Origin: Octopus vulgaris
Taxonomy: Eukaryota
Direction: 5' to 3'
Length of the DNA stretch: 64,000 bases
Assembly (NCBI GenBank): GCA_951406725.2
Contig: OX597815.1
Span: forward strand, 145,328,001 to 145,392,000
The translations under genes and the position numbers were made by a program. The notes under the pieces were generated by a model, which was given only the letters and a program-made list of their open reading frames with translations, was not told where the DNA came from and made no database searches. This document shows positions 38,940 through 52,815 of the stretch, in pieces (position 1 is the first letter of the stretch; each line of letters begins with the position of its first letter).

Positions 38940-39522
38940 CTGAAAAAAACAAGACAAACCAGTAATTAATGTGGAGGGGTAGGTGCAAATACAGAACAAC
39001 ATGAATTGAGGTGTACGTACATTTGATATTCTAGAGTTTTTTATCGAGCCAATGCTCTTTGATAGGAAAGAATAAATGGAAATAAATAGAGAGCAAATGA
39101 AAAAAAACAAAAAAAAAACGTGTTGAGTTCAGAGGTTTAACATGTGTCTGTGTTTATCTCCCACCAACTTGTTGACAACCAGTGTTGGTATGTTTACATC
39201 CCTGTCAATTAGCAGTCCAGCAAAAGAGATTGATAAAATACTATATTTTAATGTGTATAAGGAACCCTTAACTTTGGGGGCTTAAAATTTGGAAAAACAG
39301 TTTTGTAAGGGATTATAATGCTATCCATGTATAAGAAACTCCCATATTTTTTTAACCCAATTTTTGACAAAAAAATGGGTTCCTTATACACGTTAAAATA
39401 CAGTAAGTATTAAGCTTACAAAAATTTAAGTACAGGGGTCAGACTAAAATTCTTCAATGTGGTGCCCCAGCATGGCCACAGTCTAATGATTGAAACAAGT
39501 AAAAGATAAAAATAATACGTAC

Positions 39523-39762
39523 TTGATTCTGTTTTTGGTTGCCTTGGAATTCTCTGATCCTTTTCTCTTTAAACTTCTTCCCTGTTTTAGCAACAGGCAA
39601 TCCTTTGTCTCTATGACGATTCTTTGGTCCCAAATGCGATGGCATTATTTTCTGCTTCTGTGTTTTACCATGGAATCTCTCTCTTTTGGCACCAGGTGTT
39701 GGCTGTTGTCCTTTGTCTTTCTTGGAAAAAATGTCTTTCTTTTGCCTCTGTGATAAAACTTG
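39523..39762 (-). CDS. RBM28: RBM28 coding exon (basic C-terminal region)
   Basis: Contains PSHLGPKNRHRDKG, similar to the vertebrate RBM28 C-terminal motif as recalled; 240 nt, phase 0-0; an alternative in-frame acceptor exists at 39747. Confidence 0.85.
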
Positions 39763-39994
39763 CTGTTGTCACAAGGAAATAAGAACAAAAATAATTATAA
39801 ATGATAAATCATACATATCGGCACCAGTGTGGCTGTGTGGCAAGAAGCTTTCTTACCAACCACATGGTTCTGGGTTCGGTCACACTTGCATGGCACCTAG
39901 GGTAAATGTCTGCTACTATAGCCCTGGGTCAACCGAAGCCTTGTGAGTGGATTTTGTAGACGGAAACTGTAAGAAGCCCATCATATATATATAA

Positions 39995-40851
39995 GTGCCC
40001 TGAGAGAAAAGTTGGGCATAAGAAGCATCAAATGTGGTGTGTAAGAGCGGCAACTGCGCTGGTATGGTCACGTGTTATGTATGAATGAAGACAATTGTGT
40101 GAGGAAGTGCCACTCCCAAACAGATAAGAAGGAACCTGTGGAAAAGGTAGACCCAGAAGGCATGGGATGAGGTGGTGAAGCATGACCATCAAACACTGAG
40201 CCTCCCAGAGGCAATGACAGGAGACTGGGACCTTTGAGGATATGCTGTGATTGAGAAAACCCAGCAACTAAAGTGAGATCACAGCCATGCTTGTCCAGCC
40301 CTGTTAAGAATACCTTAATGTGTCGGGCTATATGATATGCTTGAGAAGACCTGTTGAGTCAAGTAAAATCAATATCAGCTGGGGCCGGTGCTCCTGGCTG
40401 GCTCCCGTGCTGGTGGCACGTAAAAAGCACCATCCAAACGTGGTCAATGCCAGGTCCATCTGACTGGCTCCCATGTCGGTGGCATATAAAAAGCACCAAC
40501 CGAATGTGGCCAAAGCCAGTACCCCCAGACTGGCTCTCATGCCAGTGGCACGTAAAAAGCACCATCTGAACATAATTGATGCCAAGTCTGCCTGATCGGC
40601 TCCTGTGCTGATGGCATGTAAAAAGCACCAACCAATCATGACTGATGCCAGTACCCACTGAGTGACTCCTGTGCTGGTGGCATGTAAAAAGCACCCACTA
40701 CACTCTTGGAGTGGTTGGCGTTAGGAAGGGCATCCAGCTGTAGAAATTTCATCAGATCAGATGGGAGCCTGGTGCAGCTGATGGCTCTCCAGACCTTAGT
40801 CAAACCATCCAACCCATGCCAGCATAGAAAGCAGACGTTAAACAATGATGA

Positions 40852-40853
<2 letters not shown>
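39995..40853 (+). mobile_element. RTE LINE 3' fragment with tandem ~60-bp UTR repeats
   Basis: Same 3' end CCAACCCATGCCAGCAT...(GAT)n as the 35017-38050 element; more copies at 41215-41690(-), 45190-45465(+), 45807-46600(-), 49640-49940(-). Confidence 0.75.
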
Positions 40854-40897
<44 letters not shown>

Positions 40898-41900
40898 ATG
40901 TATTTGTGTGTCTGTGTTTGTCTCCCCACCATCATTTGACAATTTGATGTCGGTGTGTTTACATCCCCGTAATTAGCGGTTTGGCAAAAGAGACTGACAT
41001 ACTATGTACCCAGCTTAAAGAAGAATAAGTGCTGGAGTCGATTTGTTCAACTAAAGGCGGTGCTCCAGCATAGCTGCAGTCAAATGACTGAACAAAGAAA
41101 AAAAAAGGGTTAGAGAGGGCACCCAAAATTGGAAACCAAGCCAAAAGGAACCTGGTGCGGCCCTGTAGCTTACCAGCTCCTATCAAACCGTCCAACCCAT
41201 GCCAGCATGGAATCATCATCATCATCATCATTTAACGTCCGCTTTCCATGCTAGCATGGGTTGGACGGTTCAACTGGGGTCTGGGGAGCCCGAAGGCTGC
41301 ACCAGGCCAGTCGGATCTGGCAGTGTTTCTACAGCTGGATGCCCTTCCTAACACCAACCACTCTGAGAGTGTAGTGGGTGATTTTATGTGCCACCGACAC
41401 AGGTGCCAGACGAGGCTGGCAAACGGCCACGCTCGGATGGTGTTTTTTATGTGCCACTGACACAGGTGCCAGACGAGGCTGGCAGACGGCCACGCTCGGA
41501 TGGTGTTTTTTATGTGCCACCGACACAGGTGCCAGACGAGGCTGGCGAACGGCCACGATCGGATTGTGTTTGTTACGTGCCCACAGCACGGAGGCCAGTC
41601 GATGCGGTACTGGCTACGGCCACGTTCGGATGGTTTTCTTATGTGCCACCGGCACTGGTACCACAAAGATACAAATTCCGGATGTTAAATGATGATGGTG
41701 ATGTACAAAACAATCCTTCAGTTTCTCTCCTCTTCCCTGAAACCAACATTTAATAATTAAATGATATGAAAAAAATGACTGAGGATGCTTCAACATGGTT
41801 GATTGATATGCTAGAAATAACAGCCACCCCTAATACCACCACTAAAACTGCCATAAACATCACCATGACCACCACCTATGATAACAGTAAAGCAGCTTAC

Positions 41901-41975
41901 CTTAGATTTATCCAATCTTTTCTGTTTAACTTCTAAAGCTTTCTTGTTTTCCAGGGAAAATTCAATAATAAGTCT
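41901..41975 (-). CDS. RBM28: RBM28 coding exon (end of RRM4)
   Basis: tttcAG|RLIIEFSLENKKALEVKQKRLDKSK|GTAAGC; 75 nt. Confidence 0.92.
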
Positions 41976-42117
41976 CTGAAAGACAGAATTACAGTTGACA
42001 GTAATATAAACATGAAAGGGTTAACCCCTCATCTCTGCCTCCTCCTTGTTATTTACAAGAAAGATGAGGAGGAGGAGGGTTGAGCACAAAATAGAGTCAA
42101 GTAAAAAGATTACTTAC

Positions 42118-42267
42118 TTTAGTTGGACCAAAGATGTCTGGGTTATTATTTGTATTTCGAAGAGCAGTCAAAGCATGTTGGTGCTCTTGGAAGCTCACAA
42201 AACCATATCCCAGGGAACGACTAACACCTTGTGCACTGGTGCGACTCATATCACGCATGATTCGACT
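42118..42267 (-). CDS. RBM28: RBM28 coding exon (RRM4 RNP1)
   Basis: SRIMRDMSRTSAQGVSRSLGYGFVSFQEHQHALTALRNTNNNPDIFGPTK; 150 nt, AG/GT boundaries. Confidence 0.95.
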
Positions 42268-42409
42268 CTGGGAAGAGAAAGAAAATATTTTGAAGAAACA
42301 TAAGTTAAGATTTATGGATACTAGAAAATAGAAAATGGAAGTTGCTAGAAATTACAGAAGGGTATGTGTGTGTGTGTGAATATCATCGCCATTAATATTT
42401 CATTAATAT

Positions 42410-42900
42410 CAGAAAATTACTATTTTTAAATCTCACAATGTGAGATATTCAGTATTTTTTGCCAACATAACATGCCAGTTCTGGTTTAGGATGATCTGTG
42501 TCCTTATACTTTCGAACAAGGGAATCTAGCACCCCCAGGAGTGCCATGTTATGTTGGCAAACAATCTTTACTCCAAAGTACTGTTACTGAATATCCCTTG
42601 TTGTGAAATTTAAAAATAGTAATTTTCTAATTTATAAATCAGTGACTAGTTGTCACTTTGAAAACTATATATTTTGAATGGGAATTTGGCAGTGCCACCT
42701 CTAGCCGAACAATTATTCTGTGCTGATGAAGAGAAATAACCCGGAAATCACAATACACAGACATTGTTTTGAGCTGTGGGGGTGCTAGATTCCCTTGTTC
42801 GAAAATATAAGGACACAGATCGTGTCTTCTGGGGCTAAATTACAGCAACATTCATCCTAAACCAGGATTGTAATGTTATGTTGGCAAACAATCTTTACTT
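42410..42900. repeat. Rearranged nested inverted repeats, probably Penelope-derived
   Basis: 42410-42455 inverts 42585-42630; 42458-42538 inverts 42776-42890; hammerhead-like core at ~42717-42762. Confidence 0.6.
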
Positions 42901-43512
42901 CATTAATATCTATCTAATTATCTGCTTGCCAGCCTAACTATTTCTCTATTCATTATTGATGATAGAAGCAATACTGGTTCAAAATAAGTCTGTATGCCTT
43001 ACTGAACAGGGATTAAGCAATCATAATCCACAAAACTGCAATATTCACCTTGAGAAAGTTTTTCATCCAGTAGAGATGCTGAAATTAACCAGGATTTCAG
43101 CATCTTTGCACATCATCAGTAATAAGGATTCACTATCAACTTAGGATTCACTATCATGCTTAGACAAATTTTGTATATATACATCTATGTACATACGTGT
43201 ACCACACTTAGCCTGAACTGTCACCTCAGGCACCAGCACCCTTTGCACCTGTCAAGATGAGGAGGCTCAATTACTGGCTACAAATCTACCACTTGGTAGG
43301 AGTTAACAGCAACACAAACAACATAAGTTGAATAGCACTCAATCAGCTAAGAGAGGAAAAAATAATGTTATAAATAAAAACCAGAAGTCTTGTGAAATAC
43401 AGCTACCAAGGGTTTCCTCGTTAAAATAATTTATTCTGCATCATTTTTTCAAACTGAAAACTAGACTGTTTGTCAGTTGCTTTTGAAGTAGATGACGTTT
43501 TTTATATGTGTA

Positions 43513-43592
<80 letters not shown>

Positions 43593-44116
43593 TATATATA
43601 CGCATACATTATGTAGAGAATAGACTTTAAATCGTCAATAACCACATATAATTAATTCATCACTATAAGCACATGTCTTGAAGCAAGCTGACAGAAATAT
43701 CTAAAAAATTCCGTTATTACTGAATTGGTCTGATTTCCGAGTTAATTCATAAAGATGATATATATACACACACACACCAATTATATACATATATTTTATG
43801 ACATTACTTAAGCATAACAGTACTAATAACCAGTAGTTAGAACTCAATACACCTATGCTTTAGAGTAAGAAGTTAAGCAAGGACAGAGTGGAATAATATA
43901 TTAATGACTGATAAAACGGGAATCATGTAATCACCATCATAGCTTACATTTTGATACCTCTGAGGAAGCTGCACAAGCACTTAGTTCAGAGTGCACTGCT
44001 GTTTATAGTAGAAACAACTGTTAGCTTATGAATGTGATTACATGACTCCTGTTCTCATCATTTACACATACAAGTATAATTCATTGATGATGATGATGAA
44101 TGAATGAAAAGATTAC

Positions 44117-44272
44117 CTCAGTGATCACACACTTCTTGTCATTGACAGCTTTAAGAAAGACTTCCTTTAACTGTTTGTCTGTGACATGTGTTGGAATATT
44201 CTGGACACATAGCCTTGTATCGGAGACAAATATATTGGGGTCTTTTAACTTCTGACGACGCCTCATTTCTGC
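44117..44272 (-). CDS. RBM28: RBM28 coding exon (start of RRM4)
   Basis: AEMRRRQKLKDPNIFVSDTRLCVQNIPTHVTDKQLKEVFLKAVNDKKCVITE; 156 nt, phase 0-0. Confidence 0.95.
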
Positions 44273-47200
44273 CTGAAAGTTAAGAGAGAGAGAGAGAAGA
44301 AGAAAATAAAGTAAACTTTATAATCAAATACAATCAATAAAATAAAGTGTCTGTGTGTGTATTTGTGTTGAATTTCATAAACAGTAGGTGTAGAAGCCCA
44401 CTCTGTGAGTGTGTGTGTGTATATATGCGTCTTCTACTATAGCCTTGGGTCGACCAAGAGGAGTGGAAGATGGAAACTGAAAGAAGCCTGTTGTATATAT
44501 ATATATGTATGTATGTATTTATTTGTGTCTGTGTTTGTCCCTTACCATAGCTTGAAAACCAATGTTGGTGCGTTTACGTTCCTGTCACTTAGCGGTTCGG
44601 TAAAAGATACCGATAGAATAAGTACCAGGCTTACAAAGAATAAGTCCTAGGGTTGATTTGTTCAACTAAAAGCAGTGCTCCAGCATGGCTACAGTCAAAT
44701 GACTGAAACTATAACAGCGTATGGCCAAGTGGTTAGGCACGTTGCACTCACAATCACCAGACCTTAGGTTCGATTCCCAGACTGGGTGTTGCACTGTGTT
44801 CTTGAGCAAAACACTTCATTTCACGTTGCTTTAGCCCACTCAGCTGTTAATGGGTCCACCCTGCGATGGACTGGCATCCCATCCAGGGGGAACGCGGGCC
44901 TGCTTGCCTAGCCAGTGGCGTGGCATCATTCAAAGGTTAAAAACAGTGTCAACTGCACTGTGACCAGTGTTGCATAACAACATCAGGTAAATGCATGACA
45001 TGAGAAATGATGATAAACACAAGTTTATATCATTTGTTCTTACATACATTTCACCATTCTGGTTGTTTGGAATCCTGCATTAGATGTTCCAAGTGCAACT
45101 GGATGCTTAAAAAGAACAGATCCTCAAGAGAACACTTAATTGTATTATATTACAGAACATTTAAAAGCAATATTAAAGTGTAGTTGTTACCAGTGCTGCT
45201 GGACTGGCTCCCATGCAGGGAGCACTTAAAAACACCTTCCCAGCATTCAAGCATGGCCGATGCCAGTGCCACTTGACTGGCTCCCTTGCCAGTTGCATGT
45301 AAAAGTGCCCATTACACTCAAGGAGCGGTTGGCATAAGGAAGGGCATCCAGCTGTAGAAACTTTGCCAAATCAGATTGGAGCCTGGTGCAGCTTGCTAGT
45401 TCTCAGTCAAGCCATCCAACCCATGCCAGCATGGAGAGGCAGATGTTAAACAATGATGATGATGATATACTAGAAACAGATGGGACTATGATAATCTATG
45501 TGGAGCACTAAACTTTACAGTAGTAGTTGTACATCTATTTGTACATAGAAAATAAAATGTGTTTATGTGTGTAATTGCTGTGTGGGGCAGAATATCCAAT
45601 GTTTTGAGTAAAATCATTTTTCAGATTAAAGTCGACAGGAGGGAAATCAAATAAAGACTGCAGCGTTTTACATCCTCTATGTTTGAGCAATTGGCTGCAA
45701 CTGATGGGGAATGCAAGACAGTATCAGCTGCATACGTAGGAATGAAAAATGAAATGAAGGCAAGAAACTAGTGAGGTGGAGGAAAAATTGAGACAAAATG
45801 TGAGTTCATCATCATCCTCATCATCGTTTAACTTCCGTTTTCTATGCTGGCATGGGTTGGACAGTTCAACTAGGGTCTGGGAAGCCAGGAGGCTGCACCA
45901 GGCCCCAACCTGATCTGGCAGTGTTTCTACAGCTGGATGCCCTTCCTAATGCCAATCACTCCAAGAGTGTAGTGGGTGGTTTTTACGTGCTGCCGGCACA
46001 GGGGGCCAGAAGAGCTGGCATCGACCACGATCGGTTGGTGCTCTTTATGTACCACTGGCACGGAAACCAGTCAAAGCAGCACTGGCATCAGCCTCATTCA
46101 GATGGTGCTTTTTACGTGCTACCAGCATGGGGGTTACAACTACAATTTCCATTTGATTTGATTTTGATATTGATGAACTTGACTCAATAGGTCTCCTCAA
46201 GCATGGCATGTTGCCCTACAATCCAAGGTACTTTTGAGTGGGCTGGTTATGTGACACTGATGTAGGCTACAGCTGTAAACTCATTTTATCTTCTGGGTCT
46301 TCTCAGTCACAGCATACCTCCAGAAGTCTCGGTCTTTTGTCATTGCCTCTGTGAGGCCCAGTGTTTGAAGGTCATACTTCACTACCTCATCCCATGTCTT
46401 CCTGGACCTCCCTCTACCTCAGATTCCTTCCACTGTTTGGGAGTGGCACTTCTTCACACAGCTCTCCTCGCCCATCCACAATACACGACCATACCAACAC
46501 AAACGTCTCTCTTGCATGCCACATCCAATGCTTCTTATGTCTAACATTTCGCTCAGGGCGCTTACACTCAGTCCTGTGTGCACACTGACATTACACATCC
46601 AAGGATTGATGAATGGATGTAGAAGGAAAAAAACGTTTAGTTAAACTTAGTGACATGGTGAAGGAGTAGAAGGAAAAAAACGTTTAGTTAAACTTAGTGA
46701 CATGGTGTTGAGTTTGAATATGAAATATTCCTTCCATTTCTTTTGAGTGTGTGAATCCATGGTGTGAGGAGATGCTGCACAGATAAGTGGGTAACGGAAT
46801 TACCCATTGTGTTAAAGTGCGTGGTAAGAAGAGAAGGGCAACTGGTAAAAGGACATCAGCATTAATTGTAGTTAATTAGCAAGGATTGAAAGATCTGCAC
46901 GAAGCATTATGTTAACCTATATTAAAGAAGGCATTGAAAGAGCATCAACTGAAGTGTGCAAGGGAGATAACTGCGAGAGGAAGGGATGATGAGTGAAAGA
47001 AGTGCCCGGGACTGAAAATGACAGGCATTTGTGGAAAAAGACTGAAAAAAGGAGAGAGGATGCAGCTAAGCCATCAGCTAAAGTATATAAGGGAGATGAT
47101 TATGACACTAATGGATAATGAATAAATAAAAATTACTCCTTTTAGCAGTGAGACACAAAAGTTTTCATGTCCACCAGCTGACTTGGTGGAAGCCAAAAAG

Positions 47201-48802
47201 ATTATCCACCATCTTTTACTCGTTTCAGTCATTTGACTGCGGCCATGCTGGAGCACCGCCTTTTAGTCAAGCAAATCGACCCTGGGACTTATTCTTTGTA
47301 AGCCCAGTACTTATTCTATCAGTCTCTTTTGCCGAACCGCTAAGTGACGTAAACACACCAGCATCGGTTGTCAAGCAATGCTAGGGGGACAAACACAGAC
47401 ACATACATATATATATATATATACATATATACGACAGGCTTCTTTCAGTTTCCGTCTACCAAATCCACTCACAAGGCATTGGTCGGCCCGGGGCTATAGC
47501 AGAAGACACTTGCCCAAGATACCACGCAGTGGGACTGAACCCGGAACCATGTGGTTGGTTAGCAAGCTACTTACCACACAGCCACTCCTGAGTGTCTCCA
47601 CCACTCACAGCTATGTAAAATAACATCAATAATTAACCAATCGGTTGTTTGGAACAAATTAACATGAAATTTTGATGGGAGGTTCTAATTTAGATCATTT
47701 TAAAACCAGCAGAGCCCTCTTGGTTGTCAGAAACACTTTTTCACTCTCAGAATTATCAAAGCATGGAATATACTACTAGCATCCAGTTATTGTCAGGATA
47801 CTGAATCCTTCAAAAATTCCATGCTTCTCAAAATGTACTAACATTACTCTCGATGTGCCTATGTCCCCTTTCCTCTTCATGGCTCTTTTCTCTTTTATTC
47901 TGCGTACTATACATGTAGTTCAAGCTTTCATTGCAGTCTTTCTTTAACCCATTGCCTGCCATGAGCCCCATTTGGGGATCTGCTAAAAACAGTCTCACTG
48001 CTGGTTGTTTGTTGTATTTAAAGTGAATTTCATATGTACATTGCATATGCAGAAGTGTGTTTAACAATATTTAGTAGTTAAAGTTTGTCATTATTAGCTC
48101 TAGCTAATTCTAGACGACATTGTATATCATAAATCGCAATTTTTTAACTACAAAAATATTTGACTGTTTTGAAAATGCTTTTTTTTTTTGTTTTGCACTT
48201 CTTGTCTATATCATTCATTAATATTTCATACACTTCTGCATTTGATCATATAACTAAAAAAAAAAAAACCTAAAATATTTATTGCAATTGAATAGAAAAC
48301 GATAAATATTTTATCAGTGATCCCCATTTGGGACTTTTCGAAAAATTTATCATAGTTTCCAAAATAATTCACATAAGAAGAAAATTTAAATACTGTATAT
48401 TATTTTAAATCCTAAGACACCTTACAAAGCCAAAAATTATGAATGAAAGAATTTGGCAGTTAATGGGTTGCAGCTTTCTATCTTCTCTTTAACTTTTTTT
48501 TATCCAACAATTTACAGTACACCTGTGCCCTGTATACAATAAGCTCATTATACTACAACGAAATGCCATGCAGTGATAGCAGAAGGTCCTAAGGGAGGAG
48601 GAAGACTAAAAACGGGGAAGAAAATGGTCAATGAGGTCAGATCTAAAGACACTGATTGCTAGAGCTGTCTAACCTCCAACAACTTGGAGAAAAGTTGCTA
48701 AACAAAGATGATGGTTAAGATAATGATTGAAACCAAGTGATTAGTGTATTTGCACAGCTGAATTCTGGGGTCAATAACCAATAACAAAAAAGGGAAACTT
48801 AC

Positions 48803-48867
48803 CTTTAGTCGTTTATTTAAATCTGATTTGGAAAGGCCTTCAGCAGCTTTCATACCAACACGGATTA
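48803..48867 (-). CDS. RBM28: RBM28 coding exon
   Basis: (L)IRVGMKAAEGLSKSDLNKRLK; 65 nt, phase 1-0. Confidence 0.92.
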
Positions 48868-49035
48868 CTGTGGGAAATAAGAAAGAGATGATATATATAT
48901 ATAGGAGAGTATTGTAGTTTGCGTGAAGCTTTGTGTATTGTTATTAAAAAATAAAATGCTTTGAATGACACAACAATACCCTATAATACAAACAATGGAC
49001 AATAATAACTGTTGTAATTTAATAATCCATAGTCT

Positions 49036-49074
49036 GATATGATATTTCGGAATAAAATTCCTTCTTCAGATATC
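49036..49074 (-). ncRNA. Minimal type-I hammerhead ribozyme-like motif
   Basis: GATAT-CTGAAGA-A-GGAAT-TTT-ATTCC-GAAA-TA-TC-ATATC; stem I GATAT/ATATC, stem II GGAAT/ATTCC. Confidence 0.55.
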
Positions 49075-50681
49075 CTTAGGAATTGATGGAGTTGCTGCTA
49101 TAATCAGTTTTCCAGGGAGCTTCGTGAGACCACTGGTGAGATGCTTTCGAAAAAACAAAGTTAAACAGTTATTATAGTCCAATGTTTGTATTATAGTGCA
49201 TTGTTGTGTCATTCAAAACAATTTATTATATATATATAAAACATTATAAAGGATTCTGGAGAGAATTGGGTACTTAAATAGTATGCACCAGATTGGGTTG
49301 ATTTAACTTGTAAGCACTACCTTTAGTCGGATCCATATACTGGGTACTGAAGTAATCCAGTGAGATATTTAAGCTGAGCACACAGAGAAAATTCACCACT
49401 ACATGTATTTAACCCCTAGGGGCTGGTCTTTCAAGGCCAGCTTTGACTGGCAAATAGACATTCTCACTGCACACAGGGTTATTCTCCTATTGTCTTGAAA
49501 TTACATGGATCATTTGTTGGATACGGTTTTTTTTATTATGATATAATGTACTCACACATCAAATAAAAAATGTGTAAGAAACAGCTGTAATGAAATGACA
49601 TTTAACTACTGTCTCTTATTTTTTCTTTGTTATATATCATCATCATTGTTTAACGTTTACCTTCCATGCTAGCATGGTGGGATGGTTTCACAAGAGCTAG
49701 CCAGGCAGAAGCCTGTACCAGACTTCTGTGTCTGTTTTGGTAGGATTTTTACAATTGGATACCCTTCCTAACACCAACCACCCAGCAGAGTGGACAGAGC
49801 ACTTTTTTCATGGCGAGGTCAGTTTTGGCAAGGTTTTTACAGCTGTGCGCCCTTCCAAACACCAACCACTTTACAGTGTGGAATGGGTGCTTTTAAGTGG
49901 CACCTGCACTAACAGGGTTATCAAGTACTTGCAAGACAAAAAAAAAATTAAGAGGGGAGGGGGAATTGGAGGAGGTGATCTTGTGTTGGATGATGAAAGG
50001 TTATAGTAAGACAAAGAGACAGAAACAGGTATATATTAATAGCTGGCAGGGACACAGTATTTCATTATGCCGCCTTAATATACTACCAAGTATATTACAA
50101 GCTTACAAGTCAATATCGTGTCTTACTGAGTGATGTTCTCATTTTAAAATTTATCTCTTTAGATTTCCTACAGAATTCAGAGCCACCGCTGAAAGTTACA
50201 ATATCTTGTACACTAATATATCTAATGTAGACAATGCAATTGAAAATAGAAAAATAGATAATGGGTGTATATGCATATTTCAAGAGTTATTTCTCTTTCA
50301 TCAGTGCCATATGCATCCAACTCATAAACTATCCATGAACACATTGCTTGAAATATTCACACACACCCATTACCTACTCAGCTTTGACCCTAGACAAAGG
50401 TGGCCGCAAAATAATGGTCATCTTTCAGCTGTGTTTTACTGAACCCTCGTTTATTGAAGCAATGAGAGAGTCCACTCACAAAGCTTTGTTCGGCCCGAGA
50501 CTACAGTAGAAGACACTTGCCCAAGGTGGCATGCAATGGGGCTGAACCCAAAACTATGTGGTTGGGAAGCAAACCTCTTGCCACACAGCCATGCCTGCAT
50601 AATAAAAAGTTATTAAGGGTTGCAAAAATAAAGCAGAAGCATGTATTTTCTTTTGTTCATTAAGATTGTTACAGAACTTAC

Positions 50682-50820
50682 ATCCTTCCCGGGCTAAATG
50701 CAAATTCCGACCATCTTTGTTGGTATTTTCTGTTTTTGAAGACTTCAAGTTATCAACTTGTTCACGAGAGAGGGCAGCAGAGACAAACAGTTGGCGACCA
50801 CCACTTAAGATCTTCTCTTT
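50682..50820 (-). CDS. RBM28: RBM28 coding exon (end of RRM3 and linker)
   Basis: KEKILSGGRQLFVSAALSREQVDNLKSSKTENTNKDGRNLHLAREG; 139 nt, phase 0-1. Confidence 0.93.
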
Positions 50821-51518
50821 CTGAAATGGCATTGGCATTTAAAAGAATTAATCTGAGCAGTAGAAGTAGTAGTAGTTAAATATAAGGAACAGGGAAGGAT
50901 GGAGACAGAGAGAGAGAGAGGGGGGGAGAAATAAACAAAAGTGTGAAAGAGAAAAAAATTGAGAAAAAGAATATGAGTATGAGGAAGAGTTAGAGAGAGA
51001 GAAATGGAGGCAGAAAGAGAGAATGTGTGTTTGTGAGAGAGAGAAGAAAGACAAAAGAGTTCAGAGTATATTTGAGAAAGGTAGACATCTTGAGAACACT
51101 AACTGAAAGTTTAATTGGTACTTATTTAATCGACCCCGAAAGGATCAAAGGCAAAGTCAACCTTGGTGGAATTTGAACTCAGAACGTAGCGGCGTGCTAA
51201 TGATTCAGCCAGCTCACTGCCCTATATTATATTAAACACTACTACATTACATTGATTACAATTTTTGGCATGAGGCCAGCAATTTCAGGATTTGGGGTAG
51301 TTGATTACAATGACCACAGAGCTCAACTAGGACCTATTTTATCAACCCAAAAGGATGAAAGGCAAAGGCAGCCTCGGTGGAATTTGAACTCAGAACGTAA
51401 AGATGAACAAAATGTTGTTAAGCATTTTGCCAGGTGTGCTAACGATTCTGCCAGCTTGTCACCTTAAAACACGTCAATTATACTGATTTGATAAATATGA
51501 TTTTAAGTAGCTTTTTAC

Positions 51519-51592
51519 CGGTGTTTCTCCACTACATCTTTCAAGGCACTTTTCTGAATCTTCTTTATTTACAAACTGTACGAAACCAGATC
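51519..51592 (-). CDS. RBM28: RBM28 coding exon (RRM3 RNP1)
   Basis: tgtttcAG|(G)SGFVQFVNKEDSEKCLERCSGETP|GTAAAA; 74 nt, phase 1-0. Confidence 0.88.
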
Positions 51593-52327
51593 CTGAAACA
51601 TCAAAAATATAAACATGAAACATGTAAGTAAAAGCAGGGTTTTATAAGTTCATAAGTTTATGCTGCAAAAGGTCCATAACACAGTTGACAATAGTTTCTG
51701 TTTTTTTTTTACTAGACATGAATGGGTGGTTAAGAGGCTGATATGCTTGAGTGTACCCTCAAGGTAGGGCCCCAGTATGGTTGCAGTCCAATGGCTTAAA
51801 CACATAAAAGGTAATATATAAAAGACAGTGGTCAATCTGAGACAACAGCAAAAGACAATTGCCCAGCGTGGCACGCAATGGGAGCAAAGTTGAAACCCAG
51901 GCTGAGACGCAAACTCCTGAAGCACACCGTTATACCTGTACTGATAGCCCCAGCAGAATTTGAACTCAGAACTGTTGTATCTGTACTGACAAAACATTAA
52001 ATCTAATTTCCATCAACTTCATGATTAAGAAGAAATAAAATAAATACAAACATCAAACACAAAAATATACAGATCTATATTTAAGAGATGAGGAATTGTG
52101 TACATTATTTACATGTGACGGATATTTGTCCTCATCGTTTGCAGTTAACAGGTTTTGGCTGATATACCCTCCAGCCTTCATCAGGTGTCTTGGGGAAATT
52201 TTGAACCTGGGTTCTCATTGCTAAGGTATTTTTCGATATTATTATAATTTATTCAGGTCACTGCCCGGAATCGAACTCGGTATCTTGGGGTGGGTAGCCC
52301 GCACTCTTAACCACTACACCAAGAGCG

Positions 52328-52427
52328 NNNNNNNNNNNNNNNNNNNNNNNNNNNNNNNNNNNNNNNNNNNNNNNNNNNNNNNNNNNNNNNNNNNNNNNNN
52401 NNNNNNNNNNNNNNNNNNNNNNNNNNN
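52328..52427. other. Assembly gap (100 N)
   Basis: Run of exactly 100 N, typical of a scaffolding join of unknown size. Confidence 0.99.
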
Positions 52428-52712
52428 ATAATGTGTGTGACACGACGATGGGAGAGTCACAGTTGGAACGCTTTATTCGTTGGTGTGCTACATGAAATCT
52501 GACCAGAAGCGAAACTAGAGAAACGCACACACACATGCACACATACATGCACACACATACAGACATATATGGACACACGCACATTTGCACCCACGCACAT
52601 ATGCATACACATACATACATACATACATGCACACACATACACACACACAAACGGAGAGGCTCACAAACACGCACACACGTATATGCAAAAGTACGCGTAC
52701 ACTCACATACAC

Positions 52713-52750
<38 letters not shown>

Positions 52751-52815
52751 GCATACACAAAACAGACGTACACGCATGTATGTATGTATACGTGAGTGTT
52801 AGTACATTGTGTGTA

